Positions 11,870-25,400 of a stretch of DNA of 41,180 nt are shown piece after piece. Both the position numbers and the translations under genes were made by a program. The stretch lies in assembly GCA_037834085.1 (NCBI GenBank), contig JBBMKC010000008.1:1-41180 (forward strand). The letters are read 5' to 3'. This DNA is from Bipalium vagum. Taxonomy: Eukaryota. The first letter of the stretch is position 1. Each line of letters opens with the position of its first letter. The notes beneath the pieces were generated by a model that did not search any database, had not been told where the DNA came from, and saw only the letters and a list, made by a program, of their open reading frames with translations.

Positions 11870-12060
11870 TTATACACGGCAATCGCATAATAGGGGTCAA
11901 AATTCCGATATTTGTGAACGATGTGTTTAACAATAGAAAAGCTTCTTTCCACAGAGCATGATTGAAGCAGAGCAAAAGTTGCAGGGGGTACAACTATAAA
12001 TTATAACTTAAGAGCAAGCCTCACCACATCAATGGTGTTTCAATTATCTTTGAACCTTTA
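11870..12060 (-). mobile_element. hAT-like transposase C-terminal relic
   Basis: Minus strand FALLQSCSVERSFSIVKHIVHKYRNF; SxxVERxFS is the hAT-type dimerisation motif. Confidence 0.55.
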
Positions 12061-12189
12061 TGGGACCTGAGAATCATAACAATATTTTAATAAATCAAGA
12101 ACGAATTTTTAATAATTTCTTCAGGTGTAAAACAAAACGATGAAGGTGGGTCTGAAGTAAAATGCTTTTTAACGAAGAAAACCTGTTTT

Positions 12190-12330
12190 AGTGTGTGGTG
12201 ATCATTCTGCACATTTCCCTCTCTACTGGACCAGTGTCCCATTTGTGAATACTATTTCTTGTCGGCGCCTTTTGTTTTAATTCTGTCTAAAGGTTTCGTT
12301 TAACAGTTTTGTTTATTCTATCAGGCTGTG
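12190..12330 (-). mobile_element. DUF4817-type Tc1/mariner N-terminal HTH relic
   Basis: KTVKRNL*TELKQKAPTRNSIHKW resembles TVQRxFRxxYxxxPPxxxSIxRW. Confidence 0.45.
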
Positions 12331-13444
12331 GCTTTAATAAGCTCTTCACAAAACTACTCAACATTTTAAAAAATTCAAAAAATCATAATAATTTTTCATT
12401 TATTTGAAATAATTAAACAAAAATGTTATGTAAATAAATATTTTGATTGGATAATAAAATTAACTTTTACTGGTAAAAGTTTAATGTCACATATCACAAT
12501 TATTTCAAATATCATTGTATTTTTGTAAGTATAACAGATTTCATATAGTTTCGCACTGATACACTCTAGACATAATTTAAGATATTATCAATAATATTGA
12601 ATTATTATGAGTGAATAAAATAATAATTTTTAAAGACTTGGATTTAAGGTCATGACGTAAAAGACAAAAATCAAATATTATTAAGGTTAAGATAAGTCCA
12701 AAATTTCATGTTAAACTAAATCGAAAACCCAGGTTTGTTTAAGTTTTCTTCAATATTTGCATCATTATACAAAAATGAATATTTCAAACTTGTCAAGAAA
12801 TCAATACACAGTATTATAATGTTCTTGTGTAACGTTTCATGGGACAATACTTTGAAAACATCTGAACTGGCTTAAAATTATTATAAAACTAGTTCATCTT
12901 TTGAAAAAATAAAAAAATATTCTCTCTCTTATTTACTAATTATTATTAATTACTTATTAAAATCTTCCTTTAATGGCCAGTGTTTTCAGAGTATTGACGC
13001 TACCAAAGAAAAATAAAACATACTTTAACATTACCTAAAATAAAATATAAATAAATAAAACATTCGAAAAAATTAATCTCAATAATTTCTGGCCGAAGGT
13101 GTTTTGGTGTTTGAATATATTTAGTAATATTAATAGAATAAATGACGAAGACAAAAGGGTTTTTTTTCATATTGATTTTATTTTGTGTCTATTAAAATGG
13201 AAATCTGATGAAAAAATTCACATTTTAATAAATATCAGATATAAATATTTAAATAGTAATATAATATTTACGTAGTGAAACCTTATGGAAGTTGAAAAGG
13301 TTTCATTTTCGGCGTAATATCAGAAAACCAATGTTTTCTAATTCACATAACGAGAAAGAAAAAACTAGTCCTTTTATTTATAAAAATAATTATGTTAAAT
13401 GAAATGAAATTTATTTATAAAAATAAAATAAATTATTTTTATAG

Positions 13445-16400
13445 GCAACCTTAATTACATTTAACGAGCTTCCAGACAAACTCATTCTAAAAATATTCTC
13501 ATATTTAACGCAGAGAGATTTATTCAAGATTGGAGTTGTTTGCCGAAAATGGTATCAGATCTCACACGATTCTTGTCTTTGGCAGAACTTGAACCTTAGA
13601 CCTGATTTCAAAGGTCTAAGCGTCAGTTCTCCTGAAGTTTTATTAGATATACTGTTGCCAATAACTGGATCGACGTTAAAATATCTTGAGATGGCCAGTG
13701 ATTTAATAACAATTCCCGTACTTGAAGATTTGGCCAACAGAAGTCCACAGTTGAAATATTTGACTTTGGATTTCAGTAATGCAATGCAGTTGCACGATTT
13801 CAACGACCTTACAAGTTTTCCAGCCAGCTTATACTACCTTTGCATTTGTCTCAGCGATGTTATATTTATGGAAGGCTTGATGAGAAAAATATACCAATTT
13901 CTATCATCACTGGAAGTCTTGCATTTAATTGGTTAATATTATTTTTTAAAAATAAAATAAACAAATTAACAATGATTTTTAATGTTTATACTTTTAATTA
14001 TGGTATTTATTAATAAAATTATTGATTTTTGAAAATGATAATATGGATATCTGGTAGAATTCAATAAGATTGATTTATTCATATTTAATTTAAAATCACT
14101 AAATTTATATAAAATTTACTAAGATAGATTTGTTGATGCCAGTGGAATTTGGAATTCATATTTAATACCTCTAAAACTAATTATAAGAATAAAGGAAGCC
14201 AATTGTATAATGTAGAAAATGATTATTATATATTAAAGGTAAGCATGTACCCTGTAAGATCTATCAAAATTTTATTACATATACTTATAAACATTCCTTT
14301 ACTTATATTCCATTCCTTTACCTTTGCACTTTCGAGACCTCGTCCGCTGGTTGGAGTACTGCTATGGTCGCCATGTTGGTTGTGGCTCAAAATTCATTAC
14401 AATCTATAATAATTTATTAATTCAAAACGTTTTCTATTTTGTTCAATTTGCTATTAAAACAAATGAAATTATAATACTTTTCGCATATAAAATTTTCGCA
14501 TTTAATTAGAATATGTTGAGCTTTAAAATTTGTACTTGTTTTTATTAAAATTTTATTTACACTTTTATTTAATTATTAAAATCTTTTAGCTCAATATATT
14601 CCAAATTAAATTAAAAAATTAAATACGCTGCTCTGATATTTTTAGCTTCTCACATTAATAATAATAGTAGAAGCAGTAAAATAGATCTTTTGTAATAAAT
14701 AATCAAATCTTCTTTTCGTAAGATTATTAATTATAAGTCCGGGTAAATATTAAAAAATTGCGAATCTTTCAGTAGATAGAAAAAGATCTTCTAGTACTAC
14801 CCCAGAATGTTGTAAGCATATTAACATTGGTAACTTTGAGAAGCAGGAATAGAAATAATAATAGAACTATAATCAAGAAATAAGATTGCTTTGAAGAATA
14901 ACGAGTATTAATGATCAAGCAATTATACTCTTTTCATGTCTTAATGCTTAACGTAATAAAGAGTTTTGAAAATCTTAATAAAGTGACCAGTTAAGTTTTA
15001 TATTGAATAAAATTAGAAAAACTTTTATTTTTTTTAACAAAATGAAGCACTCTTATTTTGTAACTTATTCAGGAACTTTTGAAATGTCCAGTGAAGAAGA
15101 AGAAGAAATCTACGAGGTATTTGGTTTCAATTTATTCGTTAATGTAAAGACCATTCATATAGGTCATTAATATTAGTAAAATAAAAGCTCACACTCCAAA
15201 TTTAAGAGTAATAAATCTCTATGGAATTGGATTTGTGGACGACAGTCATGTGGAATTATTGGCAAATAACTGCATTCATCTTGAAACAGTTTCTCTAAAC
15301 TTTTGTTTGAAGGTGAAAGGGTCGTCTCTGAAAATGGTGCTGGAAAGATGTAACAAAATCAAATCATTAATAATGCAACATTGTGGTAAGATTTATTTAA
15401 TGTTTTTGTTTAAATGATTGAATTTTAAAATATTTTCTCACCAATCATTATTAAATTTATTTTGGAAACGGATTTTTATTTATTTTTTGATTTTCATAAT
15501 TAATTAACAAAGTGCATTTTTGACATAAAAAATTATTTTTATTTTTGTCTTTACTTCTCTGAGTATATTTACGTGTTAGTTTCATATTCCATTAGTGAAA
15601 CCTCATGCTCAATTGTTAATTTTTTTTCAATTTTAACGAATTATTAAATAGAAAAAAAGTTTTAAATGGTTTTGTTAAAGGTTGAGCCATGCAATGTTAT
15701 TTGAAAGTTTTTCTAATTTTTAAAATAAAAATTAAGTATAAAATTGATAAATGACAAAGAACTGAATCATTTGGTATGAACTCCATCTCGGTAAATCAAC
15801 GGTATATAAATATGTGAACAATGGACACGTATACTTGTCCCTAATAATATAAGAGATCTTGAATGTAGTTGAGGTAATTTCAAATTTAATGATAAAAAAT
15901 TACTTCTAAGCCTCACTTGTCAAAAATGGATGAACAACTTCCTGGAAAGCTAGAAGTATTTCAGAAAACTATTTTTAATTTTTTGCATAACATAGGGAAA
16001 AACAGAATAATAGCTTCTTCAATGATTCAACATACTGAGAATGATCATGTTACAAAATGCTTCAGGTTATTTATCAAAAACATTGGGCATATCATGCAAA
16101 GTACCACTAGGCAAATAAAACGCAGAACGTTCTGAAATGGTACTGATAGCTTCATTTTTCTAGATAAATTCCAGCGATTCCAGCTCTCAAACATTAAAAT
16201 GGATTGATAATATCATCAGGTGGCAAGGTTTTTTTTATAATAGAGTTCATAATCTAACTGAGAAAGGAAAAAGGTAACAAACAGTAAATCTTGTGATAAT
16301 TGGATACCTTTAGTTTCTAAAATAAATACCGACGTTTTCGAAATACAGCTTTAAAATTTATTTATACATCCAACCTGTAAAGCAATGCTATACAATATTT

Positions 16401-19400
16401 GCCATTAGATTAACTTTCATCCTTAACATGTTATAAAATAATGCTCTAAACTTTAAACTAGTCTAAAGAGAACCAATTGTATAATTTATTAAAATCATAT
16501 AAAAACTATTTAATTTTAAAGTTTTTTGAATTGATGACATTTATTATTTTTGTAGAATTTTTTCTCTAAAAACGATTCTTAAATTTTTTGGATTTTCAAT
16601 GCAGACTAGAATAAATTAATTTTTGTTAAATCGATCAATTCATGTGAAATTTTTTCTATTTCAGATTATTTTTAAAACTTAATGATACTGTATATAACAG
16701 AAATGATTGAGTTTTTATTCTGATCTGAAGTAATAATGTATTAAGATAGTTAAAATTTTCAATATTGATTTGTTTTGACCAAGACAGAAACAGTTCTTAA
16801 TTTGAAAAAATATTTTGTTACGGTTTCTTTAATAAACTTGTTTTCTCATTTTCTCAATTTTTGGTTTAAAAAATGTTTATAGTTGAAATTTGGTTTGGCT
16901 ACGTATTGTTTAAGTGGGTCATTTAAAAATTCTAATCTTATGAATTTTTAATTAATTTTACAACATCTGTTAATGAGAATGTTAATAGTCTTCTTCAGGT
17001 CTACAATTATTGATTGTAACAAAGATAACAATTTACATTTAGAAATTTTAAGGTCATGAATACAGTTGGAAAAATACAACTTGGTTATATGAAGCAGATG
17101 TCATCTGGCTGGAAATATCAAATTGACTTTTTTTTGAAATATAATTTTAAAATATATATGTTATTCATATTCTAATCATATAAAATTTGTAACAATCAAT
17201 ATTGTAGCTCTGAAGGGCACTGCTATCTTGCCAAAAAATTACTTAGATAAAAATAAAAAACAATTAAAATAAAAGTTGAAAATAATTATAATTAATCCGT
17301 TAAACAAGACGAGGCTAAACCGAATTTAATCCATTTTTATATCTTAATTTATTTTTACAATTATTGATTAATACTATAACTTATAAAATAGTCTTAACTA
17401 TACTCTTTTATTACATGTGATGTTTAATATAATTTTAATGAATGTATAATTTTTTATTTTTCGGTTAATTTAATTTATAAAATATTTCAATAATAAATTC
17501 AGAGTTAATGAATATTGATTAATGTTTGTGAAAATTTTCTTAATAATATCAAATTACAATTATGGAGTTCTAAAAATCTTCTAGGACTTCAAGACAATTT
17601 TATGATGGCCGCAAAGTGGGAGACCGCAAAAATCGAGGAATTAGATATCACTTCTACAGAACTAAGCAGCACATGCCTCGAAGACATCCTGTTGCGAATG
17701 CAAAATCTCAAATATTTAGCAGTTGGCCATTGTGATTTTTTCACAGATAAGGTTTTTTTTATTTTTATTACACCTTTTCCATTCCAGCAAATTTAAAAAA
17801 TGGCTGAGAAAAAGAGAAAAATAATAACAAGTAATAAAATTTTCTAAAACTGAATCTTTTTAAAGTGTCTTTAAAAGGACAAATATTGTCAATAAATTAA
17901 AAAAAAACCAATAATAATTTTTAACAAATATTTTTATATTTTAAAAAGATAATTATTTTAAATTTAAAAATTTTATGTTTATTATAGAAAAAAAATATTT
18001 CTTTTTTTAAAAAAGAAAAATATTAAAAAATTCAATCTTTCAAAAGAAATATTTTTATTTTATAATATTAAATTATAATTTGTTATATTAAAAATATTAT
18101 TAGAATTTCTTTTATATATTTCTTGAATTTTCGAAAAATATTTCTTTGTATATTATGAATTTTTAATATAAATATAAATATTTTTTGTTAATGAATAATT
18201 GACGTCTGCTAAATATACATATGGACAATAATTTACAAAGTCCCAGAAGAAGTGATATTTGGAAAATACTAATATGTCAAGGAAAAAGGGAAACACTTCA
18301 TTTGTACATAAATGTTAGATGGAAAAATCAAATTATAATTTTAAATGTCATTATTAATTTATTTTTCTGTTACTCAGTTGAATTTTTTATATTTCTATAA
18401 AAGATTTTATTTCAATTATAAATAATTTTCTGTAAATATTTATAATAATTAACAGGATAAATAATATATTAAAAAATTACTAAATATAAATATGAAACAA
18501 TTTAGTTTAACATGTAAAAACAACGAGAAAAAAGTGTACAAAAATTCTCAGATTAAGGACTGTATCGAAAAGTATGGAAACACAATAAAATTCGAACTAT
18601 ATAGAATGAAACAGCCAAAAATATTTTCTTTAAAGATTAGTTTCCTATATAAAGGTTAATTTAAGGGTGTCTTAACACTGAAACATAACGTGTGTAAAAT
18701 ATAACAGATGACTATTTTGATTCCTTTGGAATTTTGCTGACCTTTCTTCGAAGAGTACCCATTAAGTTCTGGATCACTGTATCAACGATATCTTTGGATG
18801 CTCTTAGCCAGGGTTTTCTGAACTTATCTATGATTCCAGATGGCTTAAAGTTTTTTCTCTAGTTTGGTTTTATAATTACCAAAAAGGTCTAGATAGGTCT
18901 AATTTCATGGCGGATACACGGATTTTTCTAAAAATGAAACTCTTTTTTCAATTATCCATCCTATTAACTTCTTTGAGTAATGGATTGCTGCCAGATCAGG
19001 CCAGAATAACACCTCTTCCTTATGCAACAATATCATGGGTAATAGACGTTTTTTTACCGTTGGTTAATGTCACTCGTCATTGTAGATGTCACAAATGGAG
19101 TAGATTTTAAGCTACATTCGCAAATAGCTTGCCACATCATAGTTTTAGGACAAAAATTTTCAAAACCAATTACTTTTTGACATTTAGTGACCGTACGGAC
19201 CTAGAACAGTCGAATTTTGCATAAGTTTCGTCATCCATGATAATGCATTGTTGGTTTTTGGTTAAAATGCAGCCATAACTGTCGAAGCCGGAGGTTTCAA
19301 ATTTTATTATTTGGAGGCTTTCTGCTTCTTGTAAATTTTGAATTCATTTCGTTTCGAACCATATCAACAATTGTCTTACACTTTCTCGAAATATCTTGAA

Positions 19401-22400
19401 CAGAGGAACAAAGTATCTTTTTCATTGATGAACAGAAGGTAGAACTTAATGTTGCTTGAACCTGGAGGTCGTCCAGTTTTTGGATTGTATTTAAATGATA
19501 AATCATGATTATATTGCCATATTGTATTGGGGACTGCTTTTAGTCTAACCTCTTCGCATTTCACAAATGTTCTTATAGATATTCAATTTTTATTATGCCA
19601 CAACGTCCACAATTATTTTTCTATGACAAGGTTTAAGTCATAGAATTTTAATCAATAATAAAGATTTTTAATAATGGATTTTTGGAAGAGCCCTGACTTG
19701 CTTAAGTAATATTTAAGTAAAAGTTTTCGATACAATCTTTATCACTAAAATTTTTGTATATATCATTTAAATAGATTAAAAGCAAAAATTTTGTTAATCA
19801 ATTATTTATTCTAATAAACCACGGGATTAGCGAATGGAGAATTTCAATAATATTGAATTAAATGTTTATTATTTTATCTTAATGTAACATGCTGAAGCAT
19901 AATGAAATATACTGGGACCATTTTATTATTTTATGTAACATTACAATACTAGACATGTAACCTTTATTTTTCATAATATTAGATGGAGCTTTCTCAAGAA
20001 ACAACCATGTAACATTTTTCTATAAAACATTATCTTTTTGAAACATTATTTTTACGAAATAAAAAATATGAAATTGTTATTTGAGATATTGATTGATTTA
20101 GAAACTGAATGTGTCAGCCATCTAGTATACATATCAAATAATGAATATGCACTTCGTGATAAATTTTCGTTCAAGTATAATTAATAAAGAATTATAGAAC
20201 TGACTGGGTTCTACCCTAAACTAAGAATTATTATCCATCATATAATATGTTTACAATATTAAATCTGTGAATTAGCCAATTATAAAAAAACTTTATTAGT
20301 AAACATAAATATTTATATCACAGCGTAACTCGGTTATAGCGTCTTATCGGTTTTAACGTCAACTTTTATGTGCAAGTTTTGGTTTCGGTGTGACGAATGT
20401 TTTTTTGTTGGATTTAACGTCACCAACCACGGTTAGAACGAAAAATATAAAACTTTAAAAGCCAAAAAATTAAAATATGAATAATTTTACAAATATTTTG
20501 TTTAAATGGTTCTTTTTTCTTCAGTTTTAAATAATGTTATGTAAGTCATTCAAAATTATTATGAAAGATCACATTAATATAACTTTTGGATGAAATGGAA
20601 TGTAAAAGAAAATTTTTGACAATTGAAAAGAAAATTACAGTTATTGCATTTTGGAAGAGCCGTTCACAACTAAGCGTTATTTTAGAAGTAATTAAACCAT
20701 GAAGAAAAGAATAAGAAAACCTAAAAATGCTGATGTTGATGAGAAATTTTTAAAATGGTTTACTCAACCACGAACTCTAAATTTTNNNNNNNNNNNNNNN
20801 NNNNNNNNNNNNNNNNNNNNNNNNNNNNNNNNNNNNNNNNNNNNNNNNNNNNNNNNNNNNNNNNNNNNNNNNNNNNNNNNNNNNNCAAAGCAATGTTCTG
20901 AAAAGAAGGATGTTATACTATGATTATTATTCGATATAATGTAAAGGAAAATATAAATAGGTGGTTACTTGAACCATCTGGCGAGATTGATTGTCATCTT
21001 GCATCATGTGGTAAAGCTCCTTTGAGTCAGATCCGCAAGGTACTCCTTCGTACCTACGAGCAAAAGTTTTTTGCCGAACGTAACTGTCTAAGAACCTTTA
21101 TTTATAAATATATAATTTATACAGGGATTTTATTAGCTTATTCTTGCAAAGATCGCAAAGCAATAATTTAATAAGGAATCAGAACAGAATAATGGAAAAT
21201 GTGAAACCGAGACGAAAAGATTTATTTATAAAAATCCGAAGATAGGAGTGAATTCTACTTAAAATTAATAAATAGTTATTGTCGATTAAATAGGGATAAA
21301 TCAGTTAAAAATTCATAATTATTTTAACCGATGAGGTCGTCCCACCTGAAACGACGGATTTTAGTTTTATTATTTCAAAGATTTGTTAATAGAGACTGCA
21401 AAAATTAAATAATAAGCCAGAAATAGGGAAGTTCAAAATTTGTTCTTCTTTGATTATTCAGAACCGAAACAATTTTTTTACCCATAATTGTAACCTGTGA
21501 CGAGAAATGTGTAGTATACGACAATCAGTGAAGATCAGTACAATTATTATATACGAATGAACAACTGAAAAAACTTGACTCAAAGAAGACTATGATTAAT
21601 GCTTGGCGGTTCTATCTGGTGAATCTATCAGAGTTCAATCATATTACAATGAAAATGAAGTAATGCACAAGAAACTGGTTTGAAAATCAACCAGGACTCT
21701 CGCAATTTGATTATAATCAGATTATAATGATCATATTTTCAAAAATTTCTGAACCAAAGTGACGTTGAAAATGTCATTCTTCAGTTTTATGAGTACAGAA
21801 ATCCTGATTTCTATTATTTATTGACTCGAATGTCGAAGTGTATTGAGAAGAGTGGAACAACTTTAGAGCTCTTTTTCATTTAGTTTAGCTAAATTTTTAA
21901 AAATCACCATTTCACGTGGAACAAACAGATAATAATAGTTTCTTTCGTAAATTTTTTGCTTATAATAATAATATTTGCGTCGTGTTAACGTAAAAATTAA
22001 AATTAAATCATATTTATTTTTGACGTGTAAGGTGTTGAGGTTTCCAGATATCGATTAGGTGTATTTTGAGGCTGTTACTATTTATTATTATGTTTTAAAA
22101 GTAATAAATTTGTAGTTCCCTTCAGAAATTTAGATTCCGATATATATAAGTATTAGTCTATTTTTAACGGAAAAATATTTTGATAAAAAAGCTGATAAAT
22201 TTATTTTTCGATAACATAGGTACAAAAAATCAATCAGCAAAATAAGATCGGTTGTTGTCCATAATTTTCTCTCCATCTTTTGACTAATTGCCGAACGATA
22301 GAATGATCTGAATTTCGAAACTTGAAAAATTTCCAGAAATTATCGAATCTCAGAAACATTTTTGAAACAATGTCCTGCTAAAAAGTGTTGCATTGATCGA

Positions 22401-25400
22401 AACAGATGGTAGTCTGTAGGATCCAGGTCCAAGGAATAAGCACATGAGGAAGAACTTTTTAACCTAATTATGAGATTGTCTGCTGCGTACGTTTTGCCAC
22501 ACACGATCTAAAAATAAGATAAATAATTAATAAAAATATAAAGAGAATTAATAATTTTTAAAAATTTAAAAAGTGAAGAAAAAACTTAATTAAAAAACCT
22601 AATTATTTTTTTATCGTATTCAAAACAGTTCTTATTAAAGTGTTAAAGAATGATGATCATAAAATAACAATCTTTATTGACATAAAAAGGTTTCAAGACA
22701 GAACCATTAAATAATTGACGTCATTCCATAATCAATGAACAAATTATCGTTTAGATACTAAAATTAATTGCTTTAAAAAGTATTTCTTATTGAATAAAAA
22801 AGCAAATGGATTTTTCAATGCGACATGTCCAAAATTTTTGACACAATTTCTAATAGCATTCCAATTGCATAATTTTATCTCGGCATATTGATTTTTGATA
22901 GTGTTCCTAATTCAGACTAGAATTTTGTTTTAATTGACTAAATCTGTTTTTTTTGCAGAAATCTACAATTTCATCTATTTTTTCACATCTGAAAATCTAT
23001 TCATAAAATTCCCAAGTCGCATTAAATCTTAAAAATGATTCAGTTAAATATTTTATAGCACTTAATCGAAAACATGCAATCGTTGAAATATTTTTATTTA
23101 TTTATTTTATCTTAATATTTTATTTTTTTATCCAGTTGCCATAAACATTTTGTTTGTATTTCTATAAATCTCGTTTCCTGTTAGAACTTCTATTATGGAT
23201 TTTCGAAAATTCTCACCGGTTTTTAATCATATCAGAACTAATAAAACCACTATTACCATAAAATTTTTTACAATAATTATTACTATTTGTCAGAATATTT
23301 TTCTAAACATTTTTCACTTTTAAATGGGTCAGATGTTTATTTTCGAAATGTTGTTTTTTCTGATTTTCAAATGAATCATCTGTAAAAATATTATATTTTA
23401 TTATTATATATTAATATTATAGGCATTACTATTATTTCTTATTATTTATTATACCTTTCTGGTAATAATAATAGTGATAATATTAGTAATAGTAATAGTA
23501 ATACTAACACTATTACTACAGTAGTGACCATTAAATTAAGGCCACATACAAAAACATTTTTTACGTATAATTGAAAACTAAGCTAAAATTTAAATACATT
23601 TAAATATTTATTATGCTTAAGTGATATTGATAATATATCGAATTAATGAAAAGTTAGTGAATATATGTTTATTCGTTTTGGTTTTTAGATTATGGGTTAT
23701 AAGCAAGATATATGAGATTTCAAAAAGGTCAGATTGTAGCTCTGAAATCTGAAGGATATTCTCAGAGTGCTCTTGCTAAAAAGCTACACACATCTCGTTG
23801 CGCTGTACAAAATGCATTGAAAGCATGTCTGATGAAAAACAATAAAGGAAAGAATTGTCAACGTCCTCGCAAAAAAGTGTCCGTGATGATCAGTTTTTGA
23901 AATCCATAGTTACGGCATGTCCTATGACGTCGTCTGCAAGAATTAGCCAGCTGACATAGGAAAGATGCATTGTCTGTAAGTCGACGACTGGTAAACGATT
24001 TTGGTATATTAGCAAGACGTTCAGCAAAAAAACCACTATTTGCAAAAGCTCAAATAGCTGGAAGAATATAATTCTGCAAAGAATTGAAGGACAAACCAGC
24101 TGAATGGTGGCATCAAGTTATGTTCACAAATGAAAGTACGTTCCAACAAGTAAAGAGTACAGGTTACGATTATGTCAGACGACCATCAGACCAGCAGTTC
24201 AACTCCAAATTTACTATGAAAACTGTTAAGCATCCTCGCTAGTTGATGGAATTTGGAGGGGTAATTGTAAAAGGAACTTTTGGTCTACATATATTCCAAA
24301 AAGGCGAGACAATAAATGCTCAAAAATACATAAGCGTCCTTGATAATAAAGTCAAAAATCACATTAACAGTACGGGAGCTACATTTCTGCAACAAGATTC
24401 TGCTCCTTGTCACACAGCAAAGATTGTCCGCAAATGGTTCACTGATAACATAGTAAATGTTCTTCCAAATTGGCCATCCAATTCACCTGACTTAAATGTT
24501 ATTGAAAACGGCTGGTGTATTATAAAGCAAAAGGTTGCTGCCCATCAACCAGTTTCAGAACAGCAACTAATGCAAATCTTGAAGCAAGTGTGGAGAACGG
24601 AGATAACGCCAAATTATTGTAAAATCTTGGTTGAAAGTATGCTTAGGCGTATACAAGAAGTACTTGACAATAAGTGTTATTCTTCTAAATACTGACATTT
24701 ATCAAAAATAACATTGCGTAAAAATTTAGTTGTAAATAAATCCCCTTGTATTACTTGCTCTGAATTATATATATATATTTTTACTTTATCTTTATTTTTT
24801 AACATTGGCCTCAATTTAATGGCCACTACGGTACTAATACTAATAATAACAATAATGTAGTATTACTACTACTAATAATAATAATATTAATTAAAAATAT
24901 GAACTTTTACAAAATATTAAAATAATATTAAAAGTAATATATCAAAATCTCACCGTCGGTATAATAAATTATTATTTTTTTATTATTTATTATTTATATT
25001 ATATTTTAATATTTTATTTTATTATTTATTGGCCATTAGAGAAATAGCCGTATAAAATGTAGAGATTGGTGATCGTAGACCAATCTCTTTGACTATATAA
25101 GGAAACGACTTTTTTCAGAAATTTGCCAAATAAGTTAAGTTAAACCCCGGGAGACAATTTTAAATTCAATTCAAATTTGAGGAAAGATTATTGGGCAAGA
25201 AATTCAAGAAGATTTTATCCGTAATTTTTATTTTGGAGATGACTATGCAAAAGGATTTTACAATGGAACCCAGCGAGCTTGGTAATCCCCAGGTAACCAA
25301 CAAAGGTTTTAGAGGACAACCCGGGGACCCATTCTTGAATTTCAATTCTCTTATATTTTTTTCTAATTTTATTTTGTTTTAATTATTTATTATTCATTTG

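Noticed and set aside
21325-21352. CCGATGAGGT..ACCTGAAAC resembling a hammerhead core
   Set aside because: Core mismatch, no stems I or III, and it coincides with the GRP linker codons of a mariner relic.
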